In this document: positions 9,997 to 21,463 of the stretch, one piece after another
Layout: each line of letters starts with the position of its first letter
How positions within the stretch are numbered: the stretch's first letter is position 1
Origin: Deltaproteobacteria bacterium
GTDB lineage: Bacteria; Myxococcota_A; Polyangia; Fen-1088
Reading direction: 5' to 3'
Assembly (NCBI GenBank): GCA_033763315.1
Contig: JANRKS010000023.1
Coordinates: 64,001-128,000 of the forward strand
Length of the DNA stretch: 64,000 bases
Program-made: the position numbers and the translations under genes
Notes under the pieces: model-generated
What the model was told of the DNA's origin: nothing
Seen by the model: only the letters and a program-made list of their open reading frames with translations
Database searches by the model: none

Positions 9997-12006
9997 ATGA
10001 CGGTGGCTATGCGAAAAGCATCAGGGCGCGTTTGGGCTCGCACACTCGTTGCTGCGTTCAGCGCGCTGTTCACTTTTACCTGCGTGTTCTGGATTGCGTT
10101 TGCACAGCCGTGGGTGGCGCGAGCCTTAAGTGAGCGAACGGGCTTCGCGGTGACCATTGGTCGCCTGTACCCCGCTTTTGGCGCGCGTGGGTTGGTGCTG
10201 GTTGTGCGCGATGTGGTCGTGGCCGGCCGCGCGCCGTTCGAGAGCGAGCCGCTGGCGTTTTGCGATCGAATTGAGATCAAGCCTGGGCGGCCCCTGGGGG
10301 TGGATGTGAGCGGGTTGGACTTACGCATCCTGGTCGCCCGCTCGGCCGACAATGTGCGCGGCGTGAGAAGAGGAAAAGGCGCCTCGCGCGTGGGCTCCGG
10401 CGGCGGCGTTGACCTGAAGGTGCACAGCGGCCGCGTGTCAGCTCTCGTGCAATTGCCTGGTGGGCAGCGCTTGGCCGCACGAGTGACGCAGTTGCAAGTG
10501 CAGCGCAACGCTTCGGGAAGCAAGGCGTCCCTAGGCGGCTTGTCCCTTGATCTTGCGGCGAAGCTTTCAGCACGGCTGCAAAACGCTGTCATCGAAATCA
10601 CCTCAAATCATGATGTTCTGGTACAGGGCCAAGAGCTTGCGGTGACGTTGCCCGGCGGCGCGCCGTTGCTCGCGGGCGTGGCCATTGAGGCCTCGGCCAG
10701 CGCCCGCGGTTGGACGGCTTCTGCGCATACGCCGGGCGCCAAAGGCGCCTTTGCAGCCCAGGCGGCATTCACGCCCGAAGGCCTAACGGCGCAGTTGGAT
10801 TTTCATGACCTACCGCTGGCCGGGTTCGCGCCGCTGTTCGACGTTATGGGCGTGGCCCTGCAGCGGGCCAGCGCCACGGCGAACGCGAGCGTTGCCTGGA
10901 CCCCAGGTTCAACTGAACTGGCTTGGCAAATTGAAGCGCAGGTGGGCCAAGTGGCCCTTCACCATCCGGCTCTCGATAAGGAGCCATGGCGCGCGCAAGC
11001 CGCCCGCGGCAAAGCGCAGGGCCGCTTCGATTGGCGCGAGGGCCGCCTCACGTTGGCTGACGCGAACGTTGTGCCGTTGGGGCTGCCAATCAAGATCGAA
11101 GGCTGGACCACCGTGTGGGGAGAAAAGCGCGGTGAATTGTCGCTGCTCACAGCGGATGGCGGGTGGGACTGCGCGCGAATGCCCGCGCGCTTTGCTCCTT
11201 CGGTTCAGGGCGCGCTGTGGGGCATCGAGCTTGGAGGCCGGCTGGAAGCCAGGGTTGATTTGGCGTTCAGTGCCGACGACTGGGACAAGCTTGCGTTGAA
11301 CATCCGTGTGCCTCGCAAATGCACGGTGAAAAAGGAGGCGGCGGTGTTGGCAAGTGATTTGCCGACCCTGGTGGCCGCCACTGGGCAACTGACCGATCGC
11401 CCTGCCCTGCCGGTGTCGCCAGCTTCGGCTGATTTTACGCCGCTGGCAAAGATGCCCCCACATCTGCTGGCCGCGTTCATGACCGCCGAAGACGCTGGCT
11501 TCTTTTCACACCAAGGCTTCGAGCCTGAAAACATTCGCAAAGCATTGGTCTATGATCTTGAACGTGGCCGTATGGCCCGTGGGGCCAGCACCATCACGCA
11601 ACAAGTGGCGAAAAACCTGTTCTTGTCGCATGACCGCACACTGGCACGGAAGCTCACGGAAACGGTTCTCACGTGGCGCGTGGACAGCCTGGTGCCAAAA
11701 CGTCGGGTGCTTGAGCTTTATCTCAATCTGGTTGAGCTCGGCCCGGGAATCCGTGGCGTGGGCGCCGCCGCGCGCGCTTACTTTGGCAAAGAGCCGGAGG
11801 CGCTGACACCTTTGGAGGCGGCGCATTTGGCCTCACTTCCGCCCAACCCGCGAGGGTTTGCACGTCGCTTTCGTGAGGGATCCGTGGACGACGGATGGCT
11901 CGCGCGGCTTTACGACCTTGTGGGAATTATGGGTCGACGAGGTCAGCTGTCAGCGGCGCAGGTCAGCGCCGCACGCGGCAGCCGTCTGAGGCTGCGCAAG
12001 ATCTGA
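9997..12006 (+). CDS. Monofunctional peptidoglycan transglycosylase (GT51) with long N-terminal AsmA-like region
   Basis: AEDAGFFSHQG, GASTITQQVAKNLFL, RKLTE, LELYLNLVELG; N-terminal TM segment; start uncertain. Confidence 0.85.
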   Translation: MTVAMRKASGRVWARTLVAAFSALFTFTCVFWIAFAQPWVARALSERTGFAVTIGRLYPAFGARGLVLVVRDVVVAGRAPFESEPLAFCDRIEIKPGRPLGVDVSGLDLRILVARSADNVRGVRRGKGASRVGSGGGVDLKVHSGRVSALVQLPGGQRLAARVTQLQVQRNASGSKASLGGLSLDLAAKLSARLQNAVIEITSNHDVLVQGQELAVTLPGGAPLLAGVAIEASASARGWTASAHTPGAKGAFAAQAAFTPEGLTAQLDFHDLPLAGFAPLFDVMGVALQRASATANASVAWTPGSTELAWQIEAQVGQVALHHPALDKEPWRAQAARGKAQGRFDWREGRLTLADANVVPLGLPIKIEGWTTVWGEKRGELSLLTADGGWDCARMPARFAPSVQGALWGIELGGRLEARVDLAFSADDWDKLALNIRVPRKCTVKKEAAVLASDLPTLVAATGQLTDRPALPVSPASADFTPLAKMPPHLLAAFMTAEDAGFFSHQGFEPENIRKALVYDLERGRMARGASTITQQVAKNLFLSHDRTLARKLTETVLTWRVDSLVPKRRVLELYLNLVELGPGIRGVGAAARAYFGKEPEALTPLEAAHLASLPPNPRGFARRFREGSVDDGWLARLYDLVGIMGRRGQLSAAQVSAARGSRLRLRKI

Positions 12007-12160
12007 CAGAGACAAAAAACGCGAGCGTTGTGAAAAGTTCACGCGACGTTGGCCCCCGGGCGTGGTCTACCGTGTCAAAACAACGCAGCCTTTAGAGCCA
12101 ACGGGCTCATCCGATGTTATTCATCGACCCAAGGGAAATAAACCGGTGCACACATCACTT

Positions 12161-12751
12161 ATGCCTTCTCGTCGTCGCTTGTTGCGTTGGGGGGCCGCTG
12201 TCCCCACCTTGGTCATCGGCGCGCGTCGCTCGTCAGCTTCGATGGTGCTGGCGATGGAGTTGCCCGAGATCACCGCGGTTTCGGACGCAATCGTCGTCGC
12301 TGAGGTGATGTCCAGCCAGGCGCAATTTGAGGAGGATCATAAAGCGATCCGAAGCGAGGTTCAGTTGCGCGTGCAGGAATCTTGGAAGGGGCAATTTCTG
12401 GGCAAGACGCGAACCATCAAGGTCGTGCAGCCAGGCGGCGTCGTGGGGGATCTCGAAATGAAAGTGCACGGCTTGCCATCATTTCAGGTTGGCGAAAAGG
12501 CCGTGCTCTTTCTCACGGCCCGCGACAAAGCACACGCGGAGTTTGGCTTTGTTTTGACCGGACTCGGCCAGGGCAAGCGCCGGTTGTTTAGTGACGCCCG
12601 CGGGGAGTGGATGGCGGCGCCGCCTGATCGCTCGGCAGCCGTGCTGAAAACCCGCACCGGGGCCTTTGGACCGGCCTCGCCTGAACCGCAGATGCGGCTT
12701 TCGGATCTGCGCCAGCAAGTGAAGCTCCTGCTGGAGGCACAAGGCCGATGA
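12161..12751 (+). CDS. Exported hypothetical protein, partner of the matrixin protease
   Basis: SRRRLL twin-arginine-like signal; PGGVVG..GEKAVLFL motif; ATGA overlap with the next gene. Confidence 0.7.
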   Translation: MPSRRRLLRWGAAVPTLVIGARRSSASMVLAMELPEITAVSDAIVVAEVMSSQAQFEEDHKAIRSEVQLRVQESWKGQFLGKTRTIKVVQPGGVVGDLEMKVHGLPSFQVGEKAVLFLTARDKAHAEFGFVLTGLGQGKRRLFSDARGEWMAAPPDRSAAVLKTRTGAFGPASPEPQMRLSDLRQQVKLLLEAQGR

Positions 12752-13647
12752 AACCCCTATTGAAAGCGACGTGCGCCGGCCTGGTTCTGGCCGCGTCGTG
12801 GGGCGGCGTTGGCCACGCCTACGTGCGAACGCGCGCCTCGGGAACCAATGTGGAGCTTGGGTGGAAGAGGTCCTGCCTCAACTTACGGTACCTGCTGGGC
12901 GGCCGCCCCACGAACGTTTCAGAAGAGCTGTTTCGCACGGCGGTCAATGAAGCGGCGGCGCAGTGGAGTTCATCCAAACTCGCTTGCACCAAGATGTTTC
13001 TGTCCACGTCGGCTTCCACCAGCACCACAAGCTTCGTGGAAGCGGACAAGGTCAACACAGTTCAATTTCGCAGCGATTTTTGGGGCCGCAACGCGCGCAA
13101 AGACGTTGACCGCGTGCCCTACCCGCAAAATGCCTTGGCCATCACCTCCGTGTTTGCGAACCGCCAGAGCGGCGAAATCGTGGACACCGACGTTGAGATC
13201 AACGCGATGTTTGCGATGTGGGGCGACGTGGTGGCAAATCCACAGCTATTGCGCAGCACCAACACCCACGATTTGCAAAACACCCTGACCCACGAGTTTG
13301 GCCACGTGATTGGGCTGGACCACACGTGTGATGGCGGCGGGCAATCCAATTTGGTGGACAACGAAGGCAAGCCCGTTCCCGCGTGCCCGGGCACCGCCGA
13401 AATTCAAGAAACCACGATGGCCGCCATTGTGATGCCTGGCGATTCGCTCAGGCGTACGCTGGCCAAAGACGATCAAGATGGCGTTTGCGAAATCTACCCC
13501 GCGGACGGCAAGCCGGCGTGTTCCAGCGACGACAGCGGCGGTGGCTGCACCTGGGCCCCAGGCCGCACGCCCGCGGCTCCGGCCGGTGTGCTGGCGGCGT
13601 TGGCGGGCTTTGCACTTATTTGGCATCGCCGCCGATCAAGGCGTTAG
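12748..13647 (+). CDS. Matrixin-like zinc metalloprotease with MYXO-CTERM sorting signal
   Basis: HEFGHVIGLDH, Met-turn ETTM, C-terminal GGGC..hydrophobic..RRRSRR. Confidence 0.88.
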   Translation: MKPLLKATCAGLVLAASWGGVGHAYVRTRASGTNVELGWKRSCLNLRYLLGGRPTNVSEELFRTAVNEAAAQWSSSKLACTKMFLSTSASTSTTSFVEADKVNTVQFRSDFWGRNARKDVDRVPYPQNALAITSVFANRQSGEIVDTDVEINAMFAMWGDVVANPQLLRSTNTHDLQNTLTHEFGHVIGLDHTCDGGGQSNLVDNEGKPVPACPGTAEIQETTMAAIVMPGDSLRRTLAKDDQDGVCEIYPADGKPACSSDDSGGGCTWAPGRTPAAPAGVLAALAGFALIWHRRRSRR

Positions 13648-13667
13648 CGCGGCATAAACCCGAACCC

Positions 13668-13711
13668 AAAAGAAAACCCCGCAGGCGTCTCGCCAAGCGG
13701 GGTTTCTTTTT
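13668..13711. terminator. Bidirectional intrinsic terminator
   Basis: AAAAGAAAACCCCGC-loop-GCGGGGTTTCTTTTT between the convergent protease gene and gap. Confidence 0.85.
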
Positions 13712-13739
13712 GCAACACGAGGCGTGTTGCGCGGCCTAA

Positions 13740-14813
<1,074 letters not shown>

Positions 14814-14996
14814 TTACGAGAAACGCTGCCGTCAACGCGCCGCGCTCCCTGTGGAACCGAGCCGGTTTTAGCACGGAATAACCACACAGGAACGAGCGGT
14901 TACCGAAAATTTTCGTGGGCGACCCGCGTAGGACATTTCGCATCACGTGCCTCGCGCGCTACGCACGGGCCGGCGGTGATTCAGGCGAATACGCGC

Positions 14997-16811
14997 TTAC
15001 GGACGGTAAGCCTGCAACGCGCCAAGAACAGCTTGCAAGCTTTGCTTCGCGGCACCCGTGGCCGTTTCCATGGCGGCGCGCACGTGCGGAAGCAAACCCA
15101 TGCTGGGAAATGTACACAGCCGCTCAACAGCCAAAGCGCGCAAAGCGCCATCGTCTTCTCGAATCACATCCAGCAGCACGAACGCCGCCTCCAAGATGGG
15201 CACATCGGCAATCGCGGCCAGCGCGGCTTCGCGCACAGCCACATCGCGCGACTCGCGGAAGATGCGCACGAGCGTCTCTAGGCCGTCGCGAAAATGAAGC
15301 CCGCGCAAGGCGCGCCGCGCTTCGGCACGCACCCGCTCGTCCGAATCATCTAAGCCGTGACGAATGGTTGTGAAGCTGCGCTTGCATAACACTTTGCCCG
15401 CGGCGGACATGACGGCCGCACGCACGTCAGGTGCGGCATGTGTCGCCAGTTTCTCAAGCGGCGACAAAACTTCGTAAACCTCCACATCACCCAGCCCCTG
15501 CGCAACGGCCCGCGCCGCTGTGGCGTCCTGTGGCCAATGGGGATTGTCGACCGCAACCAACAGCGCGACCAACGCCGCGCGCGCAAAGCGCACGTGATCG
15601 GTGCGTTCCACAACGATCAGCGTCAGAGCGGCCTCGGCGTTTCCAGCCAATTCCCACTCAATCAGATCTTGCCAGGCGATGTCTTGATAAGCGCCTTTGC
15701 TTTTATACGCCTGGGGCAAAGCGCTTTCGCCCATGGTTGCCGTGGTGGGCGCGGCCGACCGCGCGTAGCGATCGGCCAGGGTCACGTAACGTTCGATGCG
15801 CCCGGGCTCAAGTGGCAGCGCCGCCAACGCCTGGTACACACGTGCAAGAAGCTGCAGATCGCCCAGCGACGTGGCCGCGTCCAAGGCGGCGGACAAAGCG
15901 TTTTCGGCAAGCTCGGGCGTTTGCCCTTGGGCCTGGCTTTGCGTGGCCGCCGCCATCCAAAAATCAACCGCGCGCTTGAGGAATTGCGTCTCAAACGACA
16001 AGCCGTGCCGGCGGCAATATTCGGCCGCATCCAACGCAACCGCCGCTGCCGCATGAAACTCTGTGCGGTCCGCGGCCGCCGCCATAAAATCATCGAGGTA
16101 CTGCAGCGCGAAGTCGCGTTGACCATCAGCAATCAAGATTCGAATCGCGTTGATATACCCTTCGGCCAGGTTCTCGAACGCGGTGTTCGGCCCCTGCCCC
16201 AACCGCAACAGCAACAAATAGCAATCGAACGCACGTTCGCGCTGCCCGCGGCTTTCGTATTCATCGGCCAGCGCTTCAAGGCGGCCTATCGCATGATGCG
16301 TGTCGGCCGCTTCGGTGTTGCCCAGTTCGCTTTCGACTCGCGCGCGCATCAATTCCACCAAGGCGCCTTCATAGGCTCGACCGCGCAAAACCGGCTCGCG
16401 TTCCAAACGTTCCCACAACACACGAGCGCCCGCGTAATCGTCGGCGGCTTCAAGCTCCCGCGCGGCCAACACCAACAGGCCCGCACGTTCTAAACAACGA
16501 GCCGCTTCCTTGCGCCGGCCTTGCCGCCCCAAAGCCAAGGCCCAGGGCAACGGGTCTTGTTCGGGGTGAAAGGCCGCTTCAACTTCGGCAAAGCGCCGCA
16601 GCGCCAGCAGGATGAAGCCTGCGGCCCGCTTGGCACCAAGGGCACGGTAGGCCGCCATCGCACCTTCAAGCCAGCTTTCATAAAGGCCCGGCTCGAACAC
16701 AGCGACACGCGAAAGCAAGCTCTTGTACAGGCCCAACGCTTCGGCGGGGCGGCCGGTTCGCAAAGCGCGATCGGCTCGCTCCTTCGCTTCAACCTCGTCA
16801 CGCGTGGGCAC
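14997..16811 (-). CDS. TPR/HEAT-repeat protein
   Basis: All-helical sequence; C-terminal HEAT repeats (GLDDSDERVRAEARRAL); overlaps the stop of the VWA gene. Confidence 0.8.
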   Translation of the reverse strand: MPTRDEVEAKERADRALRTGRPAEALGLYKSLLSRVAVFEPGLYESWLEGAMAAYRALGAKRAAGFILLALRRFAEVEAAFHPEQDPLPWALALGRQGRRKEAARCLERAGLLVLAARELEAADDYAGARVLWERLEREPVLRGRAYEGALVELMRARVESELGNTEAADTHHAIGRLEALADEYESRGQRERAFDCYLLLLRLGQGPNTAFENLAEGYINAIRILIADGQRDFALQYLDDFMAAAADRTEFHAAAAVALDAAEYCRRHGLSFETQFLKRAVDFWMAAATQSQAQGQTPELAENALSAALDAATSLGDLQLLARVYQALAALPLEPGRIERYVTLADRYARSAAPTTATMGESALPQAYKSKGAYQDIAWQDLIEWELAGNAEAALTLIVVERTDHVRFARAALVALLVAVDNPHWPQDATAARAVAQGLGDVEVYEVLSPLEKLATHAAPDVRAAVMSAAGKVLCKRSFTTIRHGLDDSDERVRAEARRALRGLHFRDGLETLVRIFRESRDVAVREAALAAIADVPILEAAFVLLDVIREDDGALRALAVERLCTFPSMGLLPHVRAAMETATGAAKQSLQAVLGALQAYRP

Positions 16812-18258
16812 GGCTTACGTCCTGCAAGATGTCTAACGCGCGCCGCTTGCGGGCGTCGGCGTTCGCAAAGTCGGCGGTGGTCAGAATTTGGTGCTTGTGC
16901 AGCAACGGCAGATAGGTGAGCGCCAGCGGCCGCGAAGGCAAAACGAACACGCCATAAAGCTGCGCCACTTGCGCAAGGCCTTCCACGAGCGCCGCGGGAA
17001 TGTGACATTCACCATGCGTGATGAACGTGATCGCCAAGTCTCGGCCCCCACGCCGTTTGCCTCGCCGCGCTTCATTCAAAAGATCGTCAAACACGCGCGC
17101 GTAGTGGCGGCCATGTTCAGAGCGAAACGAAAGGATATGTGGCAGATCATGGCCCCCAGCGGCTCCCACGGGAATGCGCCGGTGCAAGCGGCTGTCGAAG
17201 AAACGGAAGCTGACGCTGTCGCCCTGCAGGCTAAGCTTCTTGCATAAGGCCACCGCCAAACCTCGCGCACAAACCTCACGCAGGCCCCGCATCGAAGCGG
17301 AAGCGTCAACCAACACCCAGTGTTCGCGCAAAATGGATTCAGCGCGACGTTCGTGCCCGTAGTAAAGCAGCTCGTCGCTCAAAACCTTGTGGGCAAAGGT
17401 ATCTTCATCGTGCGCCAACTCGGACGGCAAGATGGCATCCAGGCTGCCTCGCCTTTCAACAGAAGAATAGCCATCGATCGAAAACCGTTGCGACGCTGTG
17501 GAGCGCTTGGTTTCCAACACCGACGGCAGCAGCTGCAAAGAAAACTCAACCGCACGGCCACCCGCCGCGCTGCCCATCAAATTGTAGAGATCCAGCAGAT
17601 TTGCAGGAGCCGATCCCGAGAACAAACCAAGCAGCCGCAACGGCCCAAGATCCAGTTGTTCGGCGCGGGCCACCACGAAGTCACGTAATGTGGCAGCGGC
17701 CGACATGAAGCCCAGGCACCACGATGGATCGTGAAGCACAGCCAGGTCGGCGGGGGTGCTGTGGCTCGATCCGGCCGTGGGCAGCGGCGCGCCTGTGCTG
17801 GGCCGAACGCCCGCCCCCACCCACCGGCGGTAAGCATCCACCAACAGACGCGCGATCAACACCGCCTCGTATTCGACAGGCAGCGGTCGTCGAGCCGTGT
17901 GCTCGAACGCGGGAGTCGAAACCAGCCCACGCAGCAGGCCCACGTAACGCGCGAACAGTTCTTGGGTGCGTCGGTCCCAACCACCTCGGCCAGGGACCCG
18001 CGCAAGTTCAGCGTCAGATGGTGGCGCGCCCCCACTCAACAGCCGCTGCAGATCATAAACAACGAACAGCGGCGGTTCGTAGCCGAGGCGGGCCAAGGCG
18101 TTCCGGCATGCGATGGCCTGCCCCACCGCCGTTGCCCCCACGAGGGGCGCTGTGGCTGCAAACACCAAGGTGGCCACCTGCTTGCCAAGCTCAAGCGCAC
18201 GACCGGCGGGCGAGCCTCCGTCTGCGTCCTCGTCAGCCAGCGCGCCCGACCGTACCAT
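16798..18258 (-). CDS. ViaA/CoxE-like VWA-domain protein
   Basis: GSLDAILPSELA..LLYY segment; MIDAS VLVDASASM; FITHG. Confidence 0.8.
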   Translation of the reverse strand: MVRSGALADEDADGGSPAGRALELGKQVATLVFAATAPLVGATAVGQAIACRNALARLGYEPPLFVVYDLQRLLSGGAPPSDAELARVPGRGGWDRRTQELFARYVGLLRGLVSTPAFEHTARRPLPVEYEAVLIARLLVDAYRRWVGAGVRPSTGAPLPTAGSSHSTPADLAVLHDPSWCLGFMSAAATLRDFVVARAEQLDLGPLRLLGLFSGSAPANLLDLYNLMGSAAGGRAVEFSLQLLPSVLETKRSTASQRFSIDGYSSVERRGSLDAILPSELAHDEDTFAHKVLSDELLYYGHERRAESILREHWVLVDASASMRGLREVCARGLAVALCKKLSLQGDSVSFRFFDSRLHRRIPVGAAGGHDLPHILSFRSEHGRHYARVFDDLLNEARRGKRRGGRDLAITFITHGECHIPAALVEGLAQVAQLYGVFVLPSRPLALTYLPLLHKHQILTTADFANADARKRRALDILQDVSRAHA

Positions 18259-18311
18259 GGGGTAAGGTTACCGCAGGTTGGCGGTGGTGGCGCGCGTCCG
18301 AGTGAGGGTGG

Positions 18312-19166
18312 TTACTTGCCAGCACGCCGGCGGGCCGAAGCCAGCGTGCTTTCCATCAGCATCGCAATCGTCATCGGACCCACTCCGCCCGGCACAGGCG
18401 TGATGGCGGCCGCATGAACGGCGGCCGCTTCGGTATCCACGTCACCGCACAGTTTGCCACCTTCGGGGCGGTTCATGCCGACATCGATGACCACGGCGCC
18501 CGGCTTGATCCAATCTCCTTTGACGAACTTGGCACGCCCGATCGCAGCCACCAGGATGTCCGCCTGACGAATGATGTCGGGCAGGTTCGTGGTCTTCGAG
18601 TGGCACAAAGTGACGGTGGCATTGGCGGCCGTGAGCAACACGGCGGCTGGTTTCCCGACGATGTTGGAACGGCCCAAGACAACGGCGTGTTTGCCCTCAA
18701 CGGACAGCCCATCTTCTTGAATTAGGCGCATGACACCTGCAGGGGTGCAGGGAACGAAGCGCGGCTCGCCCATCAACAGGCGGCCCAAATTGTCGGGGTG
18801 AAAGCCATCGACGTCCTTGGCAGGGTTGATCGCCAAAAGCACTTTGCGGCTATCGATGTGTGCGGGCAGTGGCAACTGCACCAAGATGCCGTCAACGGCC
18901 GGATCTTCGTTCAGCGCGTTGACCAGCGCCAACAGATCAGCCTCCGAAGTGGTGTCGGGCAGATGGTGATCGAAGGCACGAAAGCCGATCTCGGCGCAGG
19001 CTTTCGTTTTATTGCCAACGTAAACCTGGGACGCGGGATCCTGGCCCACCAGCACCACCGCGAGGCCGGGCTGAAAACCAGCTCGCGTCAGTTGCTCGGT
19101 TTCCGCTTTGAGCCCTGCGCGAATGCGCGCCGCCAGTCCCTTGCCGTCGATCAGCCGTGCAGCCAT
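18312..19166 (-). CDS. folD: Methylenetetrahydrofolate dehydrogenase/cyclohydrolase
   Basis: [43 protein letters not shown]. Confidence 0.97.
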   Translation of the reverse strand: MAARLIDGKGLAARIRAGLKAETEQLTRAGFQPGLAVVLVGQDPASQVYVGNKTKACAEIGFRAFDHHLPDTTSEADLLALVNALNEDPAVDGILVQLPLPAHIDSRKVLLAINPAKDVDGFHPDNLGRLLMGEPRFVPCTPAGVMRLIQEDGLSVEGKHAVVLGRSNIVGKPAAVLLTAANATVTLCHSKTTNLPDIIRQADILVAAIGRAKFVKGDWIKPGAVVIDVGMNRPEGGKLCGDVDTEAAAVHAAAITPVPGGVGPMTIAMLMESTLASARRRAGK

Positions 19167-19265
19167 CACTGGCGAGTAGCACGAGGCCACCACAGGTACA
19201 AGAGCTGTCGTTGGGCCGTGGCGCTTTGCACGCAACTTCGGCCAATTGGTGGCGATAAAGTGGCT

Positions 19266-20915
19266 ATGTTTGCACACCTGACACTGTTCGTGGCTTGGGC
19301 CGCCATCGCGGAGGCGCAAGCAGGCGCGCCCGCGGAAGTGGTGGTGGCTGGCCCAATCTTCGATGTGGCCATGACCGCTGGGCATGTGTGGGCGCTGCAG
19401 GAGGACGCGCTTGTGATGCTGAGCCACGAGGGGCAGATCCTGCGTCGCTTGCCGCTTCCCACGCAGCCGCCGATGGATGACGGACGAGGGCAAGCCGCAG
19501 CGCAAGCGGCCAGAGACAACGCCCTGTTCAACAAGTTCGGCGTGCCGGATACCGTGCGCGACACCACCGGTGGCGAGGATTGGCTTGACGACAACCGCAC
19601 GCGTGCAGACAAGGCAACGCCTCCGCCAGCTTCCGTGAAAGCCTCGCTGCGGGGGCCCTGGACAATGCGAGCGTCGCGCGACGTTGTGTATGTGGCCTCA
19701 GAACAAGGTGCGTGGCAGGTGGTTGACGACGATCCCATCTGGCGGCACGTGGCCGCCCCGCCCGCCTCCGGGGAGACTCAGCGCAAACCAGCCGATCTCT
19801 CGGTTCTCTCAACCTGCAACGGCGGCGGGCGCGTGTTCGCGAACGCACGGGAAGGCCTATTTGTTTTGCACGCAGCCGCCAGCGTCAGTTGGCACAAGGT
19901 TCACGGCCCCATCCCATTTCCGCAGCTTCGATGCACGGACGCCGCGCCGGATGTGTTGCTGGCATTCGCCCCTCGCGGCGCAGGCGGTGCGCTGTCGCTC
20001 GATGCCGGGGGCCACTGGCAGAACGTGCCTGGCCTTGAAGGGCAACCCGCCATCGGTATGGTGGCCACAGAATCGATCGTTTGGGTGGCCACAGCGTTCG
20101 GGCTGCTCGCTGTGTCGCCAACAGCGCCAGCGGCGCCCGATGTGGCGGTGCCTCGCGTGTTCGCGCCGCCCGCGCCGTCCAAGTGGCGCACGCTGTTGCC
20201 GCAAGTTCATCTGTCGGCGCAATGGCAGCGCGGCTCGCAATCTGATGGGCGTCAAACCGCGGCGGCCGCCGCATTTCTTTCGGCTGAATTTCTTTTGAAC
20301 GGCAACGACCGTACTTTAAGCCAGGCGGCCCAGCCTCCCATTCGCTCGCAGGTTGCTGCCGATGGGCCGGGGGCACAGGCGCAACCTCCGCCTTGCCTGA
20401 CGCGCCTACGGGACACCGCCGCCGCACTTGCATTGGCGGATCCTGAACGCATGCGTGCCATGGCAACACGTGCCCGCAGGGCAGGTTGGTTGCCCGAACT
20501 GCGTTTTCGCGCCGAAAAGCGCTGGGGGCGCAACCAGTCGCTCGATCTCGACGATGGGACCACCATCGCACCGCTTGGGCTGGACACCGTCAACGACCTG
20601 CGTGTCGAGGTGCGAGCCACTTGGGATCTGGCCCGCGCCGTTTATTCGCCCGACGAGTTGGCGGTGGCGATAGGCACGTTGCGTGTGGTGGATGCCCGGC
20701 AGGAGCTGATGACTCTGGTCAACCGCCTGTTTTTTGAACGGCGCCGGCTGGCGGGGGCGGTGGCCGCAACACGCACGGAAGTTGGTTCAAACAGTGAATC
20801 AGCACCTGACCCTACATCGGGGCCCGAGGATCGGGAGCCTCTTCTTGCCCGGCTCGGGCGTTTGACGGCCGACATTGATGCGCTGACGGGCGGCTTGGCT
20901 CAAAGCTGCTGGTAG
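19266..20915 (+). CDS. Secreted protein: propeller-like N-terminus and TolC-like C-terminal module
   Basis: Signal [17 protein letters not shown]; SLDAGGHW Asp-box-like; [25 protein letters not shown]. Confidence 0.6.
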   Translation: MFAHLTLFVAWAAIAEAQAGAPAEVVVAGPIFDVAMTAGHVWALQEDALVMLSHEGQILRRLPLPTQPPMDDGRGQAAAQAARDNALFNKFGVPDTVRDTTGGEDWLDDNRTRADKATPPPASVKASLRGPWTMRASRDVVYVASEQGAWQVVDDDPIWRHVAAPPASGETQRKPADLSVLSTCNGGGRVFANAREGLFVLHAAASVSWHKVHGPIPFPQLRCTDAAPDVLLAFAPRGAGGALSLDAGGHWQNVPGLEGQPAIGMVATESIVWVATAFGLLAVSPTAPAAPDVAVPRVFAPPAPSKWRTLLPQVHLSAQWQRGSQSDGRQTAAAAAFLSAEFLLNGNDRTLSQAAQPPIRSQVAADGPGAQAQPPPCLTRLRDTAAALALADPERMRAMATRARRAGWLPELRFRAEKRWGRNQSLDLDDGTTIAPLGLDTVNDLRVEVRATWDLARAVYSPDELAVAIGTLRVVDARQELMTLVNRLFFERRRLAGAVAATRTEVGSNSESAPDPTSGPEDREPLLARLGRLTADIDALTGGLAQSCW

Positions 20916-20985
20916 CGAGTTTGGACCTCCGCACTGATTGGCGTACGATGAAGGGGCGCTGCTCTTTGGCGCCTAAAGAACGCTC

Positions 20986-21441
20986 ATGACCAAGGCCCCT
21001 GGCGGAACCTATTCTCCGAATGACTCGCGCAAGCACCCGCGGTTTTCAATCGACGTGGACGCGACGATCAAGCGCAAGGGCATCGACGACTTTAAGGCAC
21101 GCACGCGCGACTTGTCTTTGACGGGCATCTGTTTGATCGCCGCAGAACCGTTGGTTGTGGGCCGAACGGAAACCATCAGTTTGGTGTTGGCGTTTGGCCA
21201 AGGCGCGTATTCAGAACCCCTGACCTTGCCCACGCGCGTGGTTTGGTGCACTCGCATCGGCAGCTCGTACCAAATCGGCGCGATGTTCGAAGATGTGAGC
21301 GACGAACAAGACAGCTACCTCGACATGTTCTTGCAGTTTTTGGACGGCACGCTGTCTCCGCGCGGCGCAGATGTGGGCGACGTTGAAGATGAACCTCGCG
21401 CGCCGTCCCCCGACGAGCTCGACAATCCCTTTCGCCGTTAG
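20986..21441 (+). CDS. PilZ-domain protein
   Basis: RKHPRF (RxxxR) and RDLSLTG (DxSxxG). Confidence 0.88.
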   Translation: MTKAPGGTYSPNDSRKHPRFSIDVDATIKRKGIDDFKARTRDLSLTGICLIAAEPLVVGRTETISLVLAFGQGAYSEPLTLPTRVVWCTRIGSSYQIGAMFEDVSDEQDSYLDMFLQFLDGTLSPRGADVGDVEDEPRAPSPDELDNPFRR

Positions 21442-21463
21442 CGCCATAGACGCCACGTTGGCG

